DNA of 64,000 bases. It comes from Smithellaceae bacterium. GTDB lineage: Bacteria; Desulfobacterota; Syntrophia; Syntrophales; Smithellaceae. Shown piece by piece: positions 18,300 through 28,901 of this stretch. The notes under the pieces were generated by a model. The model did not search any database and was not told the origin of the DNA. It worked only from the letters and a program-made list of their open reading frames with translations. Numbering within the stretch: position 1 is the first letter of the stretch; every line of letters begins with the position of its first letter. Position numbers and translations under genes: made by a program. The stretch is from the NCBI GenBank assembly GCA_963667845.2, contig CAXXVL010000002.1, forward strand, positions 1,824,001-1,888,000. The letters are read 5' to 3'.

Positions 18300-21139
18300 T
18301 GACTGAATATCACGCACTCTATTATGCTCATGAATTAAGCAGAAGGCACTCTCTGAATGATTCAGAAAAGCTGGCTATGGCATTAGCTGATGCACAGGTT
18401 GATTTGAATCCTCATCAACTAGATGCGGCCTTATTTGCTTTCCGCTCACCTTTGTCTAAAGGTTCTATTCTTGCTGATGAAGTTGGTCTGGGTAAAACCA
18501 TTGAAGCCGGATTGGTGATTGCTCAGAAATGGTCAGAGCGTAAACGGCGAATTCTGATTATCACACCTGCCAACTTACGGAAACAATGGGCAATGGAAAT
18601 GGCAGAAAAATTCTATTTGCCAGCCTTTATTCTTGAAACGAAAAACTATAGGCAATTTAAAAAAGAAGGTAAAAAAAATCCATTTAACCAGAACGGCCTC
18701 ATTATATGCTCCTATCAATTTGCCGCTAAAAACTGTGAAGCCATTATGATCGAGCCGTGGGATTTGGCTGTTATTGATGAATCTCACCGTATGCGTAACG
18801 TTTATAAACCGGACAATAAAATTGCAAAAGCAATCAAGGCAGCATTACACAATACCCCTAAAATTTTATTGACGGCGACGCCACTTCAAAACTCACTGAT
18901 GGAGCTTTACGGTCTGGTGAGTATTATTGATGACTATGCTTTTGGCGATGATAAAAGTTTTAAGACGCAATATGCACGCCTGACGGGTGAAGATGCCTTT
19001 GATGAATTGAAAGCCCGCCTTGCACCACTTTGTCATCGGACCCTTAGACGGCAGGTGCTGGAATATATCCGTTACACAAACCGTATTCCCTTGACGGAAG
19101 ATTTCTATCCGACAAAGGATGAAATTGATCTTTATGATATGGTCACAGAGTACCTTCAGCGCGTGGCCCTCTATGCTCTGCCAAATTCTCAAAGACAACT
19201 TATTACCTTGATCCTCCGAAAGCTCCTGGCGTCATCAACTTTTGCCATTGCCGGCGCATTAGACTCGTTGGCTAATAGATTAAAAAAGATACTGAAAGAT
19301 GCCAACTTTGGCGGTGAACTGGAAGCGATTGAAAAAGATTTTGAAGAATTTGACTCAGAAGCTGAAGAATGGGATGAAGAAGAAAAAAAAGATCAATTAA
19401 CGCTTGCCGACAAAGCCGCAATCGAGGTGGAAATAAAAGAATTAGAACTCTTCCGGGATTTGGCAGTCGGCATCACTGAAAACGCAAAAGGTCATGCACT
19501 TCTCAGTGCCTTATCACATGGCTTTAAAAAAGCCACTGAATTAGGTGCTACGCAAAAAGCGATCATATTTACCGAATCGCGAAAAACACAAAACTATTTA
19601 GTAAATCTTCTTACAGACAACGGCTACAAAGACAAAATCGTTTTATTTAATGGCACTAATGCTGACGCTTTATCAAAAGTGATTTATGCAGAATGGGTGG
19701 AAAGACATAAAAACACAGACCGAGTCTCAGGTTCAAAAACCGCCGATATGCGAACAGCATTAGTTGACTATTTTAAAGAAAAAGCACAAATCATGATTAC
19801 CACGGAAGCCGGTGCAGAAGGCATTAATTTGCAGTTTTGTTCCATTGTTGTCAATTACGATTTACCCTGGAACCCGCAGAGAATTGAACAACGAATTGGC
19901 CGCTGCCACCGTTACGGTCAAAAACACGATGTTGTGGTTATCAATTTTATTAATCGTAAGAACGCTGCTGATCAGCGCGTATATGAATTGCTTGATCAAA
20001 AATTTAAATTATTTTCCGGCGTTTTTGGCGCAAGCGATGAAGTGCTTGGAGTAATAGAATCCGGAGTAGACTTTGAAAAGCGGATTGCTGCCATTTATCA
20101 AAACTGTCGCACAACCGAAGACATCGAAGCTGAATTTAACCGTCTGCAACAGGAAATGGAAGCTCAGATTTCGGCCACAATGAGTGACACCCGAAAAAAA
20201 CTTCTGGAAAACTTTGACGCGGATGTTCATGACCGACTGAGAGTAAACCTTTCAGAAAGCCGTGCCTATTTAAACAGATATGATAAAATGCTCTGGAATC
20301 TGACATGCTATGCCTTAAATGGACAGGCAAACTTTGATAATGAACATTTGCAATTTACGCTATACAACATAGATAACTTAAGCGGTGCCATACCCAAAGG
20401 GACTTATGCGCTTACACGCGAAATTGTTGATGCTCACCGCTACCGAATCGGACACCCGCTGGCACAAAAGATCATTGCTAATTGCAAAAAGATTAAGCCC
20501 AACGGGGCAAACATCCGTTTTAACTATTCTGCGTGGCCGCAGAAATCCGAAAGTCTTAAACCTCTTGTTGGAACATCCGGGTCATTGATACTTTTCAAAC
20601 TTTCCATTAATGGATCGGATGAGCAGGATCATCTGATAATCGGTGCCATATCTGATAATGGCAAAGTTATTTCTGAAGAGACGGCAAAACGTTTCTTTGA
20701 TTTACCCGTGAAAGAGATAACCACACAAGAAACAAAAAGCGTTAAAAAATTAACAACTGAGGTTCAAAGAAGAAAACAAGTTATTCTATCCGAATTATCG
20801 GCGCGTCAGGCCAACTGGTTTGAAGAAGAAATAGAAAAACTAAACTTCTGGGCAGAGGACAAACGCAAAGGACTGAAAGCAGAACTCAAAGATTACGATG
20901 ATCAAATTACAGTTCTAAAGAAGGATGCCAGACTAGCGGCAAATTTGCCCGATAAGTTAGCTATCCAGAAGCAACTGCGGGATATCGACAAAAAACGCGA
21001 TACCGCATGGAAGGCTTACGACGAAGAAGCGAAGCAAATTGAGACACAGAAAGATGAACTACTGGACACCGTAGAAGAAAAGCTCAAGCAGACCATAGAG
21101 GAAAAAACAATTTTTACAATTAATTGGTCGCTTATATGA
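18299..21139 (+). CDS. SNF2/RapA-family helicase with C-terminal coiled coil
   Basis: LADEVGLGKT, IDESH, LTATP, EGINLQ, QRIGRCHRYGQ. Confidence 0.95.
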   Translation: MTEYHALYYAHELSRRHSLNDSEKLAMALADAQVDLNPHQLDAALFAFRSPLSKGSILADEVGLGKTIEAGLVIAQKWSERKRRILIITPANLRKQWAMEMAEKFYLPAFILETKNYRQFKKEGKKNPFNQNGLIICSYQFAAKNCEAIMIEPWDLAVIDESHRMRNVYKPDNKIAKAIKAALHNTPKILLTATPLQNSLMELYGLVSIIDDYAFGDDKSFKTQYARLTGEDAFDELKARLAPLCHRTLRRQVLEYIRYTNRIPLTEDFYPTKDEIDLYDMVTEYLQRVALYALPNSQRQLITLILRKLLASSTFAIAGALDSLANRLKKILKDANFGGELEAIEKDFEEFDSEAEEWDEEEKKDQLTLADKAAIEVEIKELELFRDLAVGITENAKGHALLSALSHGFKKATELGATQKAIIFTESRKTQNYLVNLLTDNGYKDKIVLFNGTNADALSKVIYAEWVERHKNTDRVSGSKTADMRTALVDYFKEKAQIMITTEAGAEGINLQFCSIVVNYDLPWNPQRIEQRIGRCHRYGQKHDVVVINFINRKNAADQRVYELLDQKFKLFSGVFGASDEVLGVIESGVDFEKRIAAIYQNCRTTEDIEAEFNRLQQEMEAQISATMSDTRKKLLENFDADVHDRLRVNLSESRAYLNRYDKMLWNLTCYALNGQANFDNEHLQFTLYNIDNLSGAIPKGTYALTREIVDAHRYRIGHPLAQKIIANCKKIKPNGANIRFNYSAWPQKSESLKPLVGTSGSLILFKLSINGSDEQDHLIIGAISDNGKVISEETAKRFFDLPVKEITTQETKSVKKLTTEVQRRKQVILSELSARQANWFEEEIEKLNFWAEDKRKGLKAELKDYDDQITVLKKDARLAANLPDKLAIQKQLRDIDKKRDTAWKAYDEEAKQIETQKDELLDTVEEKLKQTIEEKTIFTINWSLI

Positions 21140-21155
21140 ATATTTGAAATGAAAG

Positions 21156-21596
21156 GTGAATTTATTGTCCAATTTATACTTTGCATATGGTTCTAACTTA
21201 TGGCGTGAGCAAATGAAAAAACGTTGTCCAGGTCATAAGCTGATAGGGATTGGCTTGTTGAATGGTTATCGTTGGATTATTTCTCGACGCGGTTATGCAA
21301 ATATTGTTAAATCATTTGATGATACGATACTTGGTGTTGTTTATGAAATTACCAAAGCTGATGAGGCTAATTTGGATCGGCATGAAGGAGTCAATAGTGG
21401 TTCCTATATAAAAGAAACATGTGATGTGTTCATTGAAGCTAAGGTTTATAAATGTCTCGTTTATATTGACCCCATTATTGAGGAAGGTATCCCCAAAAAA
21501 GAATATATCAATAGAATTAATCAAGGTGTATTGGATGCAAACCTTTCACAAGAATATGTATCGCATTATATCCGTAAATATATCCCAGAAAGATAG
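21156..21596 (+). CDS. Gamma-glutamylcyclotransferase (AIG2-like) family protein
   Basis: YFAYGSNL...GVVYEI...LDRHEG. Confidence 0.9.
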   Translation: MNLLSNLYFAYGSNLWREQMKKRCPGHKLIGIGLLNGYRWIISRRGYANIVKSFDDTILGVVYEITKADEANLDRHEGVNSGSYIKETCDVFIEAKVYKCLVYIDPIIEEGIPKKEYINRINQGVLDANLSQEYVSHYIRKYIPER

Positions 21597-21610
21597 GAGA
21601 TGTTTTAATA

Positions 21611-23575
21611 ATGAATAATGAAACTGAAAAAATTAGCGGCACATCTCTTGATATATCCGCAGAAAATCGCGCTAGGCTCAAACAGCTTTTTCCCACGGTC
21701 TTTACCGAAACAAAAAATGACAAAAGTGAACTGGTCGAAACCATCGACTTTGAAAAACTCAAAGCCGAACTTGGAACATTCACTGACCTATTTGAATCCA
21801 GACGGGAACGCTATGGTATGGACTGGCCTGGCAAGAAAGAAGCCCTTAGACTGATACAAACACCCAGCTACGCAACACTTAAACCCTGTCGGGAAGAATC
21901 GGTGAACTTTGATATCACTGAAAACCTTTTTATTGAAGGCGATAACTTGGAAGTATTGAAGCTTTTGCAGAAAAGCTATTATGGTAAAGTGAAGATGATT
22001 TACATTGATCCACCATATAATACAGGTAAAGAGTTTATTTATCCCGATAACTACAGCGAAAGTTTGGAAACATATTTGGAATATGCTGGACTAATTGATA
22101 GTGGAGGCAAAAAGTTTTCGACAAATACGGCCAACGAAGGACGCTTCCATACTAAGTGGCTGAATATGATGTATCCGCGACTCTACCTCGCTAGGAATCT
22201 CCTGCATGATGATGGAATATTTTTTATCAGTATTGATGATAATGAAATTAATAATTTGCGTAAAATGTGCGATGAGATATTCGGGGAAGAAAATTACAAG
22301 GGCACAATTGTACGTGCAACAGGGCAAACAACAGGTCAAGATAGCGGTGGTCTCGGTTCTTCTTTTGATTACACCATAGTTTATTCAAAAAACACAGAAA
22401 CAGAACTTGCCGGATTACCTTTAAGTGATAGTGATTTAGAACGATATGAAGAAAAAGATGAAAAAGGGAATTATGCTTTATGGCAATTACGTAAAACAGG
22501 TAGCAATGACCGGAGAGAAGATAGACCCAAATTATATTTTTCTATAAAAGATCCAGATGGCAATTTGGTATTTCCGATTGGTCCCACAGGATATGAAAGT
22601 CGTTGGAGATTTGATGAAAAAGGGGTTGAAAGACTTATAAAGGAAAATTTTCTGATTTGGAAAAAACGAAGAAAAGGAGAAAATGAAGAGTGGTGGCCAT
22701 ATGTAAAAACATATTTAGAAGGTAGAACAAAAAGACCATCACCTCTTTGGACAGATGTTGAGGGAAGTAAAAAAGCCAGTATTGATTTACGAGAGTTAAT
22801 GGAATGTAAAGTATTTGATAATCCTAAGCCAACACAGGTAATAAAAAGAATTATACAAATAACACCCGAATTAGAGGATTCAGATATTATCCTCGACTTC
22901 TTTTCTGGCTCCGCTACAACAGCACACGCTGTTCTCGAACTTAATAAACAAGATAAAGGCAACCATAAGTTTATTATGGTTCAACTCCCTGAGCCATGCA
23001 CAGACGATAGCGAAGCATTCAAAGCTGGTTATAAAACCATTGCCGATATTGGGAAAGAACGTATTCAACGGGTAATTAAAAAACTCAACAAAGAACAGGA
23101 AGGCATACTAGACCTTGAACAATCAGGAAGTCAAGACAGAGGCTTCAAAGTTTTAAAACTTGACAAATCCAACTTCAAACAGTGGCAAAAACTCGAACCA
23201 TCAATAACTTCGGAAAAAATCGTTGAACAATTAGAACTACACATTGATCATATCGAACATAAAGCCACGCCTGAAGACTTACTCTATGAAATCCTTCTCA
23301 AAGCAGGTTTTACACCAACTGAAAAGATTGAAACAAAAACAATCGCTGATAAAAATGTTTTTTCTGTTGCCGAAGGTGCGCTCTTGCTCTGTTTGGAAAA
23401 TGAAGTCACCAAGGAACTGGTAGACGCCATAGCCGAAGCCGAACCCATGCAGTTTATCTGTTTGGATGCCGCCTTCCAAGGAAATGACCAACTCAAGGCC
23501 AACACAGTGCAGACCTTCGCCGCACGCAATATGCAGAAGGAAAAACATAACCAGATAATATTCAAGACCATATAG
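21611..23575 (+). CDS. mod: Type III restriction-modification methyltransferase
   Basis: IEGDNLEVLK, IYIDPPYNTG (m6A motif IV), ILDFFSGSATTAHAV (motif I). Confidence 0.97.
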   Translation: MNNETEKISGTSLDISAENRARLKQLFPTVFTETKNDKSELVETIDFEKLKAELGTFTDLFESRRERYGMDWPGKKEALRLIQTPSYATLKPCREESVNFDITENLFIEGDNLEVLKLLQKSYYGKVKMIYIDPPYNTGKEFIYPDNYSESLETYLEYAGLIDSGGKKFSTNTANEGRFHTKWLNMMYPRLYLARNLLHDDGIFFISIDDNEINNLRKMCDEIFGEENYKGTIVRATGQTTGQDSGGLGSSFDYTIVYSKNTETELAGLPLSDSDLERYEEKDEKGNYALWQLRKTGSNDRREDRPKLYFSIKDPDGNLVFPIGPTGYESRWRFDEKGVERLIKENFLIWKKRRKGENEEWWPYVKTYLEGRTKRPSPLWTDVEGSKKASIDLRELMECKVFDNPKPTQVIKRIIQITPELEDSDIILDFFSGSATTAHAVLELNKQDKGNHKFIMVQLPEPCTDDSEAFKAGYKTIADIGKERIQRVIKKLNKEQEGILDLEQSGSQDRGFKVLKLDKSNFKQWQKLEPSITSEKIVEQLELHIDHIEHKATPEDLLYEILLKAGFTPTEKIETKTIADKNVFSVAEGALLLCLENEVTKELVDAIAEAEPMQFICLDAAFQGNDQLKANTVQTFAARNMQKEKHNQIIFKTI

Positions 23576-23586
23576 GGGGCCAGAAA

Positions 23587-26571
23587 ATGAAGCTAAAATT
23601 CGATTCCGGCCTCGACTACCAGCTTGAAGCCATAAAAAGTATTACTGATCTTTTTGAAGGTCTGCCTGAACAGTCGGCAGGTTTTCAAATCGATTTTGGC
23701 AAGACGGATGGAAGTATATTTAATGAGCTGGGTATTGGCAACAGTATGATGCTCGCACCAGAGCAAATACTCAAAAACATGCATAATATTCAATCCCGGA
23801 ATAATGTACCTAAATCAAGGATGCTCATTGAATCCGGCAACCCTTATTCCTTTCCTAATTATTCGGTGGAGATGGAAACCGGTACTGGTAAAACCTATGT
23901 ATATCTCCGTACCATTTTTGAATTGAATCAACTCTATGGCTTCAAGAAATTTATCATCGTTGTACCTTCGGTTGCCATCCGTGAGGGTGTAACCAGTTCT
24001 ATAAAACTGATGCGTGATCATTTTAAAGGATTATATAACAATGTTGCCTTCGACGATTTTGTCTATCAATCCAAAGATTTGAGCCGTGTCCGTCAGTTTG
24101 CAGTTAATAATGAAATTCAGATCATGGTCATCAACATTCAGGCATTTCAGAAAGATGCCGGTGAAAATGTCGACTATACAACCCTAACAGATGAAAAGAA
24201 GAAAAAACTGAATATCATACATCAGGAGCAAGATAAAATGTCTGGCCGTCGTCCTATAGAGTATGTTCAGGCGACTAATCCAATTCTGATTATTGATGAA
24301 CCGCAAAGTGTGGACAATACTGAAAAGTCACAAAAGGCAATTCGCAACCTAAACCCACTGTTTTGCATGAGATATTCTGCAACACACATCAATCCCTATA
24401 ATCTTCTCTTTCAACTTGACCCAATACGAGCATTTGATCTTCACCTGGTAAAACAAATTGAAGTCGTTGATGCATCAAGCGGACAGGACTTCAACCAGAC
24501 ACTTGTCCGGCTAAATTCCATATTCTATCCGAAAAACTCAAAGACCCCTCAGGCTAAGGTAACCATTTTTGAGAATACACCCAACGGCACTAGGGAAAAA
24601 CAGATAAAAATAAAACACGGCACTGACCTTTCCAGTCAAACTAACCGGTCAGATTATGATGGATATCTTGTGACAGACATCAATGCAGAGCCGGGTAATG
24701 AATATTTGGAATTTCAAAACGGCATTGTCATAGAGGTCTTACAGGAAACCGGCGGCATGAACGATGAACGCATAAAAAGTCAGATAGAACAAACCGTCGA
24801 AGCCCATTTTGCCAAGGAGAAAAAATACAAGGATAAGGGGATAAAAGTTCTTTCCCTCTTTTTCATTGACCATGTGAAAAGCTACCGCTCATATGATGAT
24901 CAAGGGAATCCCCAAAAAGAAAAGATAGCACGTTGGTTTGAAGAAGCCTATGCAACAATTGGCAATAAGCCCATGTATAAAGAGCTTATCCCTTACGGTG
25001 CGGAAGAAGTACACGATGGTTATTTCTCAATGGATAAGAAAAAGGGCAAGATTGTGGATCTACTGGATACCAGCGGCAGCACCGCAAAAGATGATGAGAC
25101 CTATGAGCTTATTATGAAAGATAAGGAACGTTTGCTTTTATCTGATGTGCCCTTGCGTTTTATCTTCAGCCACTCAGCCTTGAAAGAAGGATGGGACAAT
25201 CCCAATGTATTTCAGATTTGCACACTTCGGGAAATGGGTACCGACAGGGAGCGACGTCAAACTATTGGACGTGGCTTACGCCTGCCGGTTAATCAGGATG
25301 GCGACCGTATTTATGATGAGCAGATTAACCGCTTAACAGTTATAGCAAATGAGACTTTTGAGAACTTTGCCAAAGGTTTGCAGTCCGATATTGAAGCGGC
25401 TATTGACCCATCTGGTGGTTTTAAATTTGGCCGTGTTCCGCATATTGCTTTTACCCCCGTGCTCAACGCTGAAGGAACTGGTTATCTGACTCAAGAAGAA
25501 TCGAAGGCGGTTTGGGACTGTGTTGCTGCACAGGATTTGATTGACACGGTCGGTGATTTTACGGAAAAATTCCAACCCGACAAACCTGATTTTAAACTGG
25601 AACTGCCGGAACCATTCACAGGCTTGGAAGATGCGGTTATAAACCGAATGCGAAAATATCTGCCGCGTGATTTTGTAAAGGATGCGCGAAAACGCCAAAA
25701 TGTTTCTTACAACAAAAGAGTTGAGCTAAATGCAGATTTCAAAACGCTATGGGATAAGATCAGCCAGAAAACACGTTATTCAGTTGAATTCAAAACGGAA
25801 AAATTGATTGAACTTGCATCCACGAAAATCAAGAATATGGCAGACATTAAGCCTGTAAAAATCGAGATAACAAAAAGAGATTTGGAGATTAAAGAATCCG
25901 GTCTGGAAGGTGGCCTTATAACAGGCAGTAGAACTCATATTGTCAGTAATGAGCAACCATTGCCGGATATCTTGGCGTTCTTGCAACGAGAGACAGAACT
26001 CACTCGTGGCACATTAGTGAATATTCTAAAGTCATCTGGCAAGTTAAAGGAATTTACAATTAATCCTCAGGCGTTTATGACCGAAATAGCCAAACTCATC
26101 AACCGTGCGTTACATGAACTTATAATTGACGGTATTAAATACGAGCCGATTCATGGTCAATATTATGAAATGCGTTTATTTGAAGTTCGTGAAGTAGAAG
26201 AGTATCTAAACAGGCTTTATCAGGTTCAAAGCAAGGATAATCGCACGCCTTATGACTATATAGCCTATGAAAGTAGTGTTGAAGAAGAGATTGCAAAACT
26301 TCTCGACCTTGACGACAAAGTGAAATTTTTCTGTAAACTGCCTCGCTGGTTTAAAGTCGCAACACCACTTGGTGACTATAATCCGGACTGGGCTGTTGTC
26401 GTGGAAGATACTCACAAACTTTACCTTGTGCGAGAAACGAAGTCTACCTTAGACCGCGATAAACGGAGAGAAACTGAAAATGAAAGAGTGGACTGTGGCA
26501 AAGCACATTTTAAGGCATTGGGTGTAAACTTCAAAGATGCCACTTCGATTCACGATGTTTTACAGCCGTAA
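23587..26571 (+). CDS. res: Type III restriction endonuclease Res subunit
   Basis: METGTGKT, IIDEPQ, EGWDNPNVFQIC, QTIGRGLRL, C-terminal YNPDW...ETK nuclease. Confidence 0.97.
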   Translation: MKLKFDSGLDYQLEAIKSITDLFEGLPEQSAGFQIDFGKTDGSIFNELGIGNSMMLAPEQILKNMHNIQSRNNVPKSRMLIESGNPYSFPNYSVEMETGTGKTYVYLRTIFELNQLYGFKKFIIVVPSVAIREGVTSSIKLMRDHFKGLYNNVAFDDFVYQSKDLSRVRQFAVNNEIQIMVINIQAFQKDAGENVDYTTLTDEKKKKLNIIHQEQDKMSGRRPIEYVQATNPILIIDEPQSVDNTEKSQKAIRNLNPLFCMRYSATHINPYNLLFQLDPIRAFDLHLVKQIEVVDASSGQDFNQTLVRLNSIFYPKNSKTPQAKVTIFENTPNGTREKQIKIKHGTDLSSQTNRSDYDGYLVTDINAEPGNEYLEFQNGIVIEVLQETGGMNDERIKSQIEQTVEAHFAKEKKYKDKGIKVLSLFFIDHVKSYRSYDDQGNPQKEKIARWFEEAYATIGNKPMYKELIPYGAEEVHDGYFSMDKKKGKIVDLLDTSGSTAKDDETYELIMKDKERLLLSDVPLRFIFSHSALKEGWDNPNVFQICTLREMGTDRERRQTIGRGLRLPVNQDGDRIYDEQINRLTVIANETFENFAKGLQSDIEAAIDPSGGFKFGRVPHIAFTPVLNAEGTGYLTQEESKAVWDCVAAQDLIDTVGDFTEKFQPDKPDFKLELPEPFTGLEDAVINRMRKYLPRDFVKDARKRQNVSYNKRVELNADFKTLWDKISQKTRYSVEFKTEKLIELASTKIKNMADIKPVKIEITKRDLEIKESGLEGGLITGSRTHIVSNEQPLPDILAFLQRETELTRGTLVNILKSSGKLKEFTINPQAFMTEIAKLINRALHELIIDGIKYEPIHGQYYEMRLFEVREVEEYLNRLYQVQSKDNRTPYDYIAYESSVEEEIAKLLDLDDKVKFFCKLPRWFKVATPLGDYNPDWAVVVEDTHKLYLVRETKSTLDRDKRRETENERVDCGKAHFKALGVNFKDATSIHDVLQP

Positions 26572-26659
26572 ATGATTTCTATTTATAAGTATTTCCATCT
26601 ATACTTATTTGTGGGGGTACGGTTGTTTATTGATTGAATGAAAAGGGGAATAAGAATAA

Positions 26660-27382
26660 ATGCCATTTATTAGCTCTTTTGACCCAACAACAATAAAATC
26701 AATTCTTCGTGTTTCAAACTACTGGAGTAAGGCTAATCGTAATCATTACCCTCTTGCCTTTTCAAAAGTTCTAAATGACTTTTATTATTGGGTTCCATGT
26801 CCGTGTAATGATCATTGCCTATGTAAACAATTTAATTGTACCCATCATTACATACGCAAGCCAGGCGTTTCCTTTGAAATTGCCAATGCACATTTTCTCT
26901 CATGTTACGTAGATGAAAAGATGAGGGAATCTGTCTCATTAGGAACAAAAGAAGGACGTGGCAAAAACGCACATGAAGCAATCTCTTCCTTCAAAACTAC
27001 GTGGGAAAAATTTCCACCACTTACAACAAACCTACTATGTACTGATTGGTATAATAAGGAATTCCGCACGTATGCTGAATCATTCAAGGCCGATATTAGC
27101 ACGATATACAAAGCTAAATGGCTATCCCTTCTTCAATTGGATACATTTGTTGCATATGATACAGGTAGTGTTCGCTTATTGGTACGCGAATATCGAGGTC
27201 ATACGTATTTTGACCTGGTCTCCGCGATCAGGAATGATCTCATAAATCATTTAGTCAAAAACTCAATCTCTATATTATCATTTCGTGAATATGATAATCC
27301 ACATGAGTTTTATCATGACATTCCTAGTGACCAATATCGACCTCTTGGGAATATAATTGACAAATTGTTTCTTACTTTATGA
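26660..27382 (+). CDS. Hypothetical protein, possible HhH-glycosylase-like fold with Cys/His cluster
   Basis: CPCNDHCLC..C.HH; AKWLSLLQLDTFVAYDT and terminal RPLGNIIDKLF resemble DUF6308-type motifs. Confidence 0.6.
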   Translation: MPFISSFDPTTIKSILRVSNYWSKANRNHYPLAFSKVLNDFYYWVPCPCNDHCLCKQFNCTHHYIRKPGVSFEIANAHFLSCYVDEKMRESVSLGTKEGRGKNAHEAISSFKTTWEKFPPLTTNLLCTDWYNKEFRTYAESFKADISTIYKAKWLSLLQLDTFVAYDTGSVRLLVREYRGHTYFDLVSAIRNDLINHLVKNSISILSFREYDNPHEFYHDIPSDQYRPLGNIIDKLFLTL

Positions 27383-27600
27383 TATATCTACTTAGGACAC
27401 CCTAAGTACTTATTTTAAAAAAATCGCATATTATAATTTAATCAATCGGGGTTGGGGTGAAAACATCAGATTTGTTCATTGACGGCATATTCGCAATATT
27501 CTCCCGAAAGAGTTGTTTTTAGTTGAGATGACGATAGTTCTTTATTTCCATAGAAATCTAATATAATTGAAAACATACTTGACCAAGAGGAAATTCATAA

Positions 27601-28296
27601 ATGCAAAATAGCGGGTTTAAACAAATTGGGTATGGTGCCTACACCATTGCAGAAGCTGCAAGGCTAACTAAAGTTCCGTGCCAAAGAATAAGTAGATGGA
27701 CCAAAGGTTATAGTTTCAAATACAAGGGAGAAATCAGATTTACTCCCCCCATAATATCAATGGAATATTCCCGCGAGAAAGGGGCCCCCATTCTTAATTT
27801 TGCGGACCTCATAGAAATCATGTTTTTAAACGCTTTTAGAAATCAAGGGGTTGCTTGGAAAACAATCCACATTGCCTCCCGAAAAGCACAGGAGATTATT
27901 AAAAGAAGTAGGCCATTTTCAACGAGGCTATTTAAAACAGATGGAAGGACTATTCTCACCGAGATCAGCACTGACATCTATGATAAAGTATTATTGGATA
28001 TAATTAAAGATCAATATGTTTTTGAAAATATTATCGCTCCATATCTTCATGGACTTGAGTATAACAGGTTTGATGAACCAGAGAAGTGGTGGCCGTTAGG
28101 AAGGGAACGTTGTATTGTTATTGATCCTCAACGTTCTTTCGGAGCGCCGATAGTTGCCAAAGGTGGTATTCCGACAATGATTCTTTATAAATCGGTAAAA
28201 GCGAATCAGTCCATTGATCTTGTGACCGACTGGTATGAAATTGAAAAACAAGAAGTTATTGACGCGTGCGAATTTGAGGAAAAACTTGTGGCATGA
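27601..28296 (+). CDS. HTH + DUF433 antitoxin (VapB45-like)
   Basis: YTIAEAARL, LNFADLIE, IVIDPQRSFGAPIV..GIPT. Confidence 0.9.
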   Translation: MQNSGFKQIGYGAYTIAEAARLTKVPCQRISRWTKGYSFKYKGEIRFTPPIISMEYSREKGAPILNFADLIEIMFLNAFRNQGVAWKTIHIASRKAQEIIKRSRPFSTRLFKTDGRTILTEISTDIYDKVLLDIIKDQYVFENIIAPYLHGLEYNRFDEPEKWWPLGRERCIVIDPQRSFGAPIVAKGGIPTMILYKSVKANQSIDLVTDWYEIEKQEVIDACEFEEKLVA

Positions 28297-28688
28297 AATT
28301 CTTCTTGGATTGCTGTATTTCTAATAAATTGACAAAAGCCTTGCAGGTAATAGCAGAGTCAAACGGTTGTGAAATAAAGCATCTTACAGATAAGTTTCCA
28401 AGAGATGTAAAAGACGAATATTGGATAACTTGTTTGGCAAAAGAAGGTGATTGGATAATAGTTTCAGGAGATCCGCGCATTACAAGGGGACGGGCTGAGA
28501 AAAAAGCATGGGAAGAATCTGGATTAACGGCATTCTTTTTTGGTGGCGGTTTCGCGGATAAGAATATTTGGACACAAGCCAAAGAATTATTTTCATGGTG
28601 GCCAATTATTATGCAACAATGCAAAAATGATCAAAAAACGTGTGGGTATATCATGCCTTTTAAAGGAAACAGCTTAAGGAAGATATGA
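28293..28688 (+). CDS. PIN-like toxin (VapC45-like)
   Basis: MKFFLDCCIS...DEYWI...IIVSGD.RI; ATGA overlap with antitoxin. Confidence 0.85.
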   Translation: MKFFLDCCISNKLTKALQVIAESNGCEIKHLTDKFPRDVKDEYWITCLAKEGDWIIVSGDPRITRGRAEKKAWEESGLTAFFFGGGFADKNIWTQAKELFSWWPIIMQQCKNDQKTCGYIMPFKGNSLRKI

Positions 28689-28901
28689 AGGATATAATAA
28701 TTCGTTTATACAAAACTCAGAAATTACTTTTCAAAAAAATTGTTAACAAATCTTTTTATAGATAAATAATCCACAAAATTGCTGTCGCAGACCATAGAAA
28801 TTATTTTTAAGAAAACGTCAATTATCTTCAAAATACCTTTTTTTTAAGAAAATATATGCCTATACAATTCTCCAATTATTTAATTTCACCGAGGCCTCTT
28901 C

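Noticed and set aside
18299..26571. DISARM or BREX system
   Set aside because: No DrmA/DrmB/DrmC or PglZ/BrxC genes; the methylase and nuclease are typical type III Mod/Res
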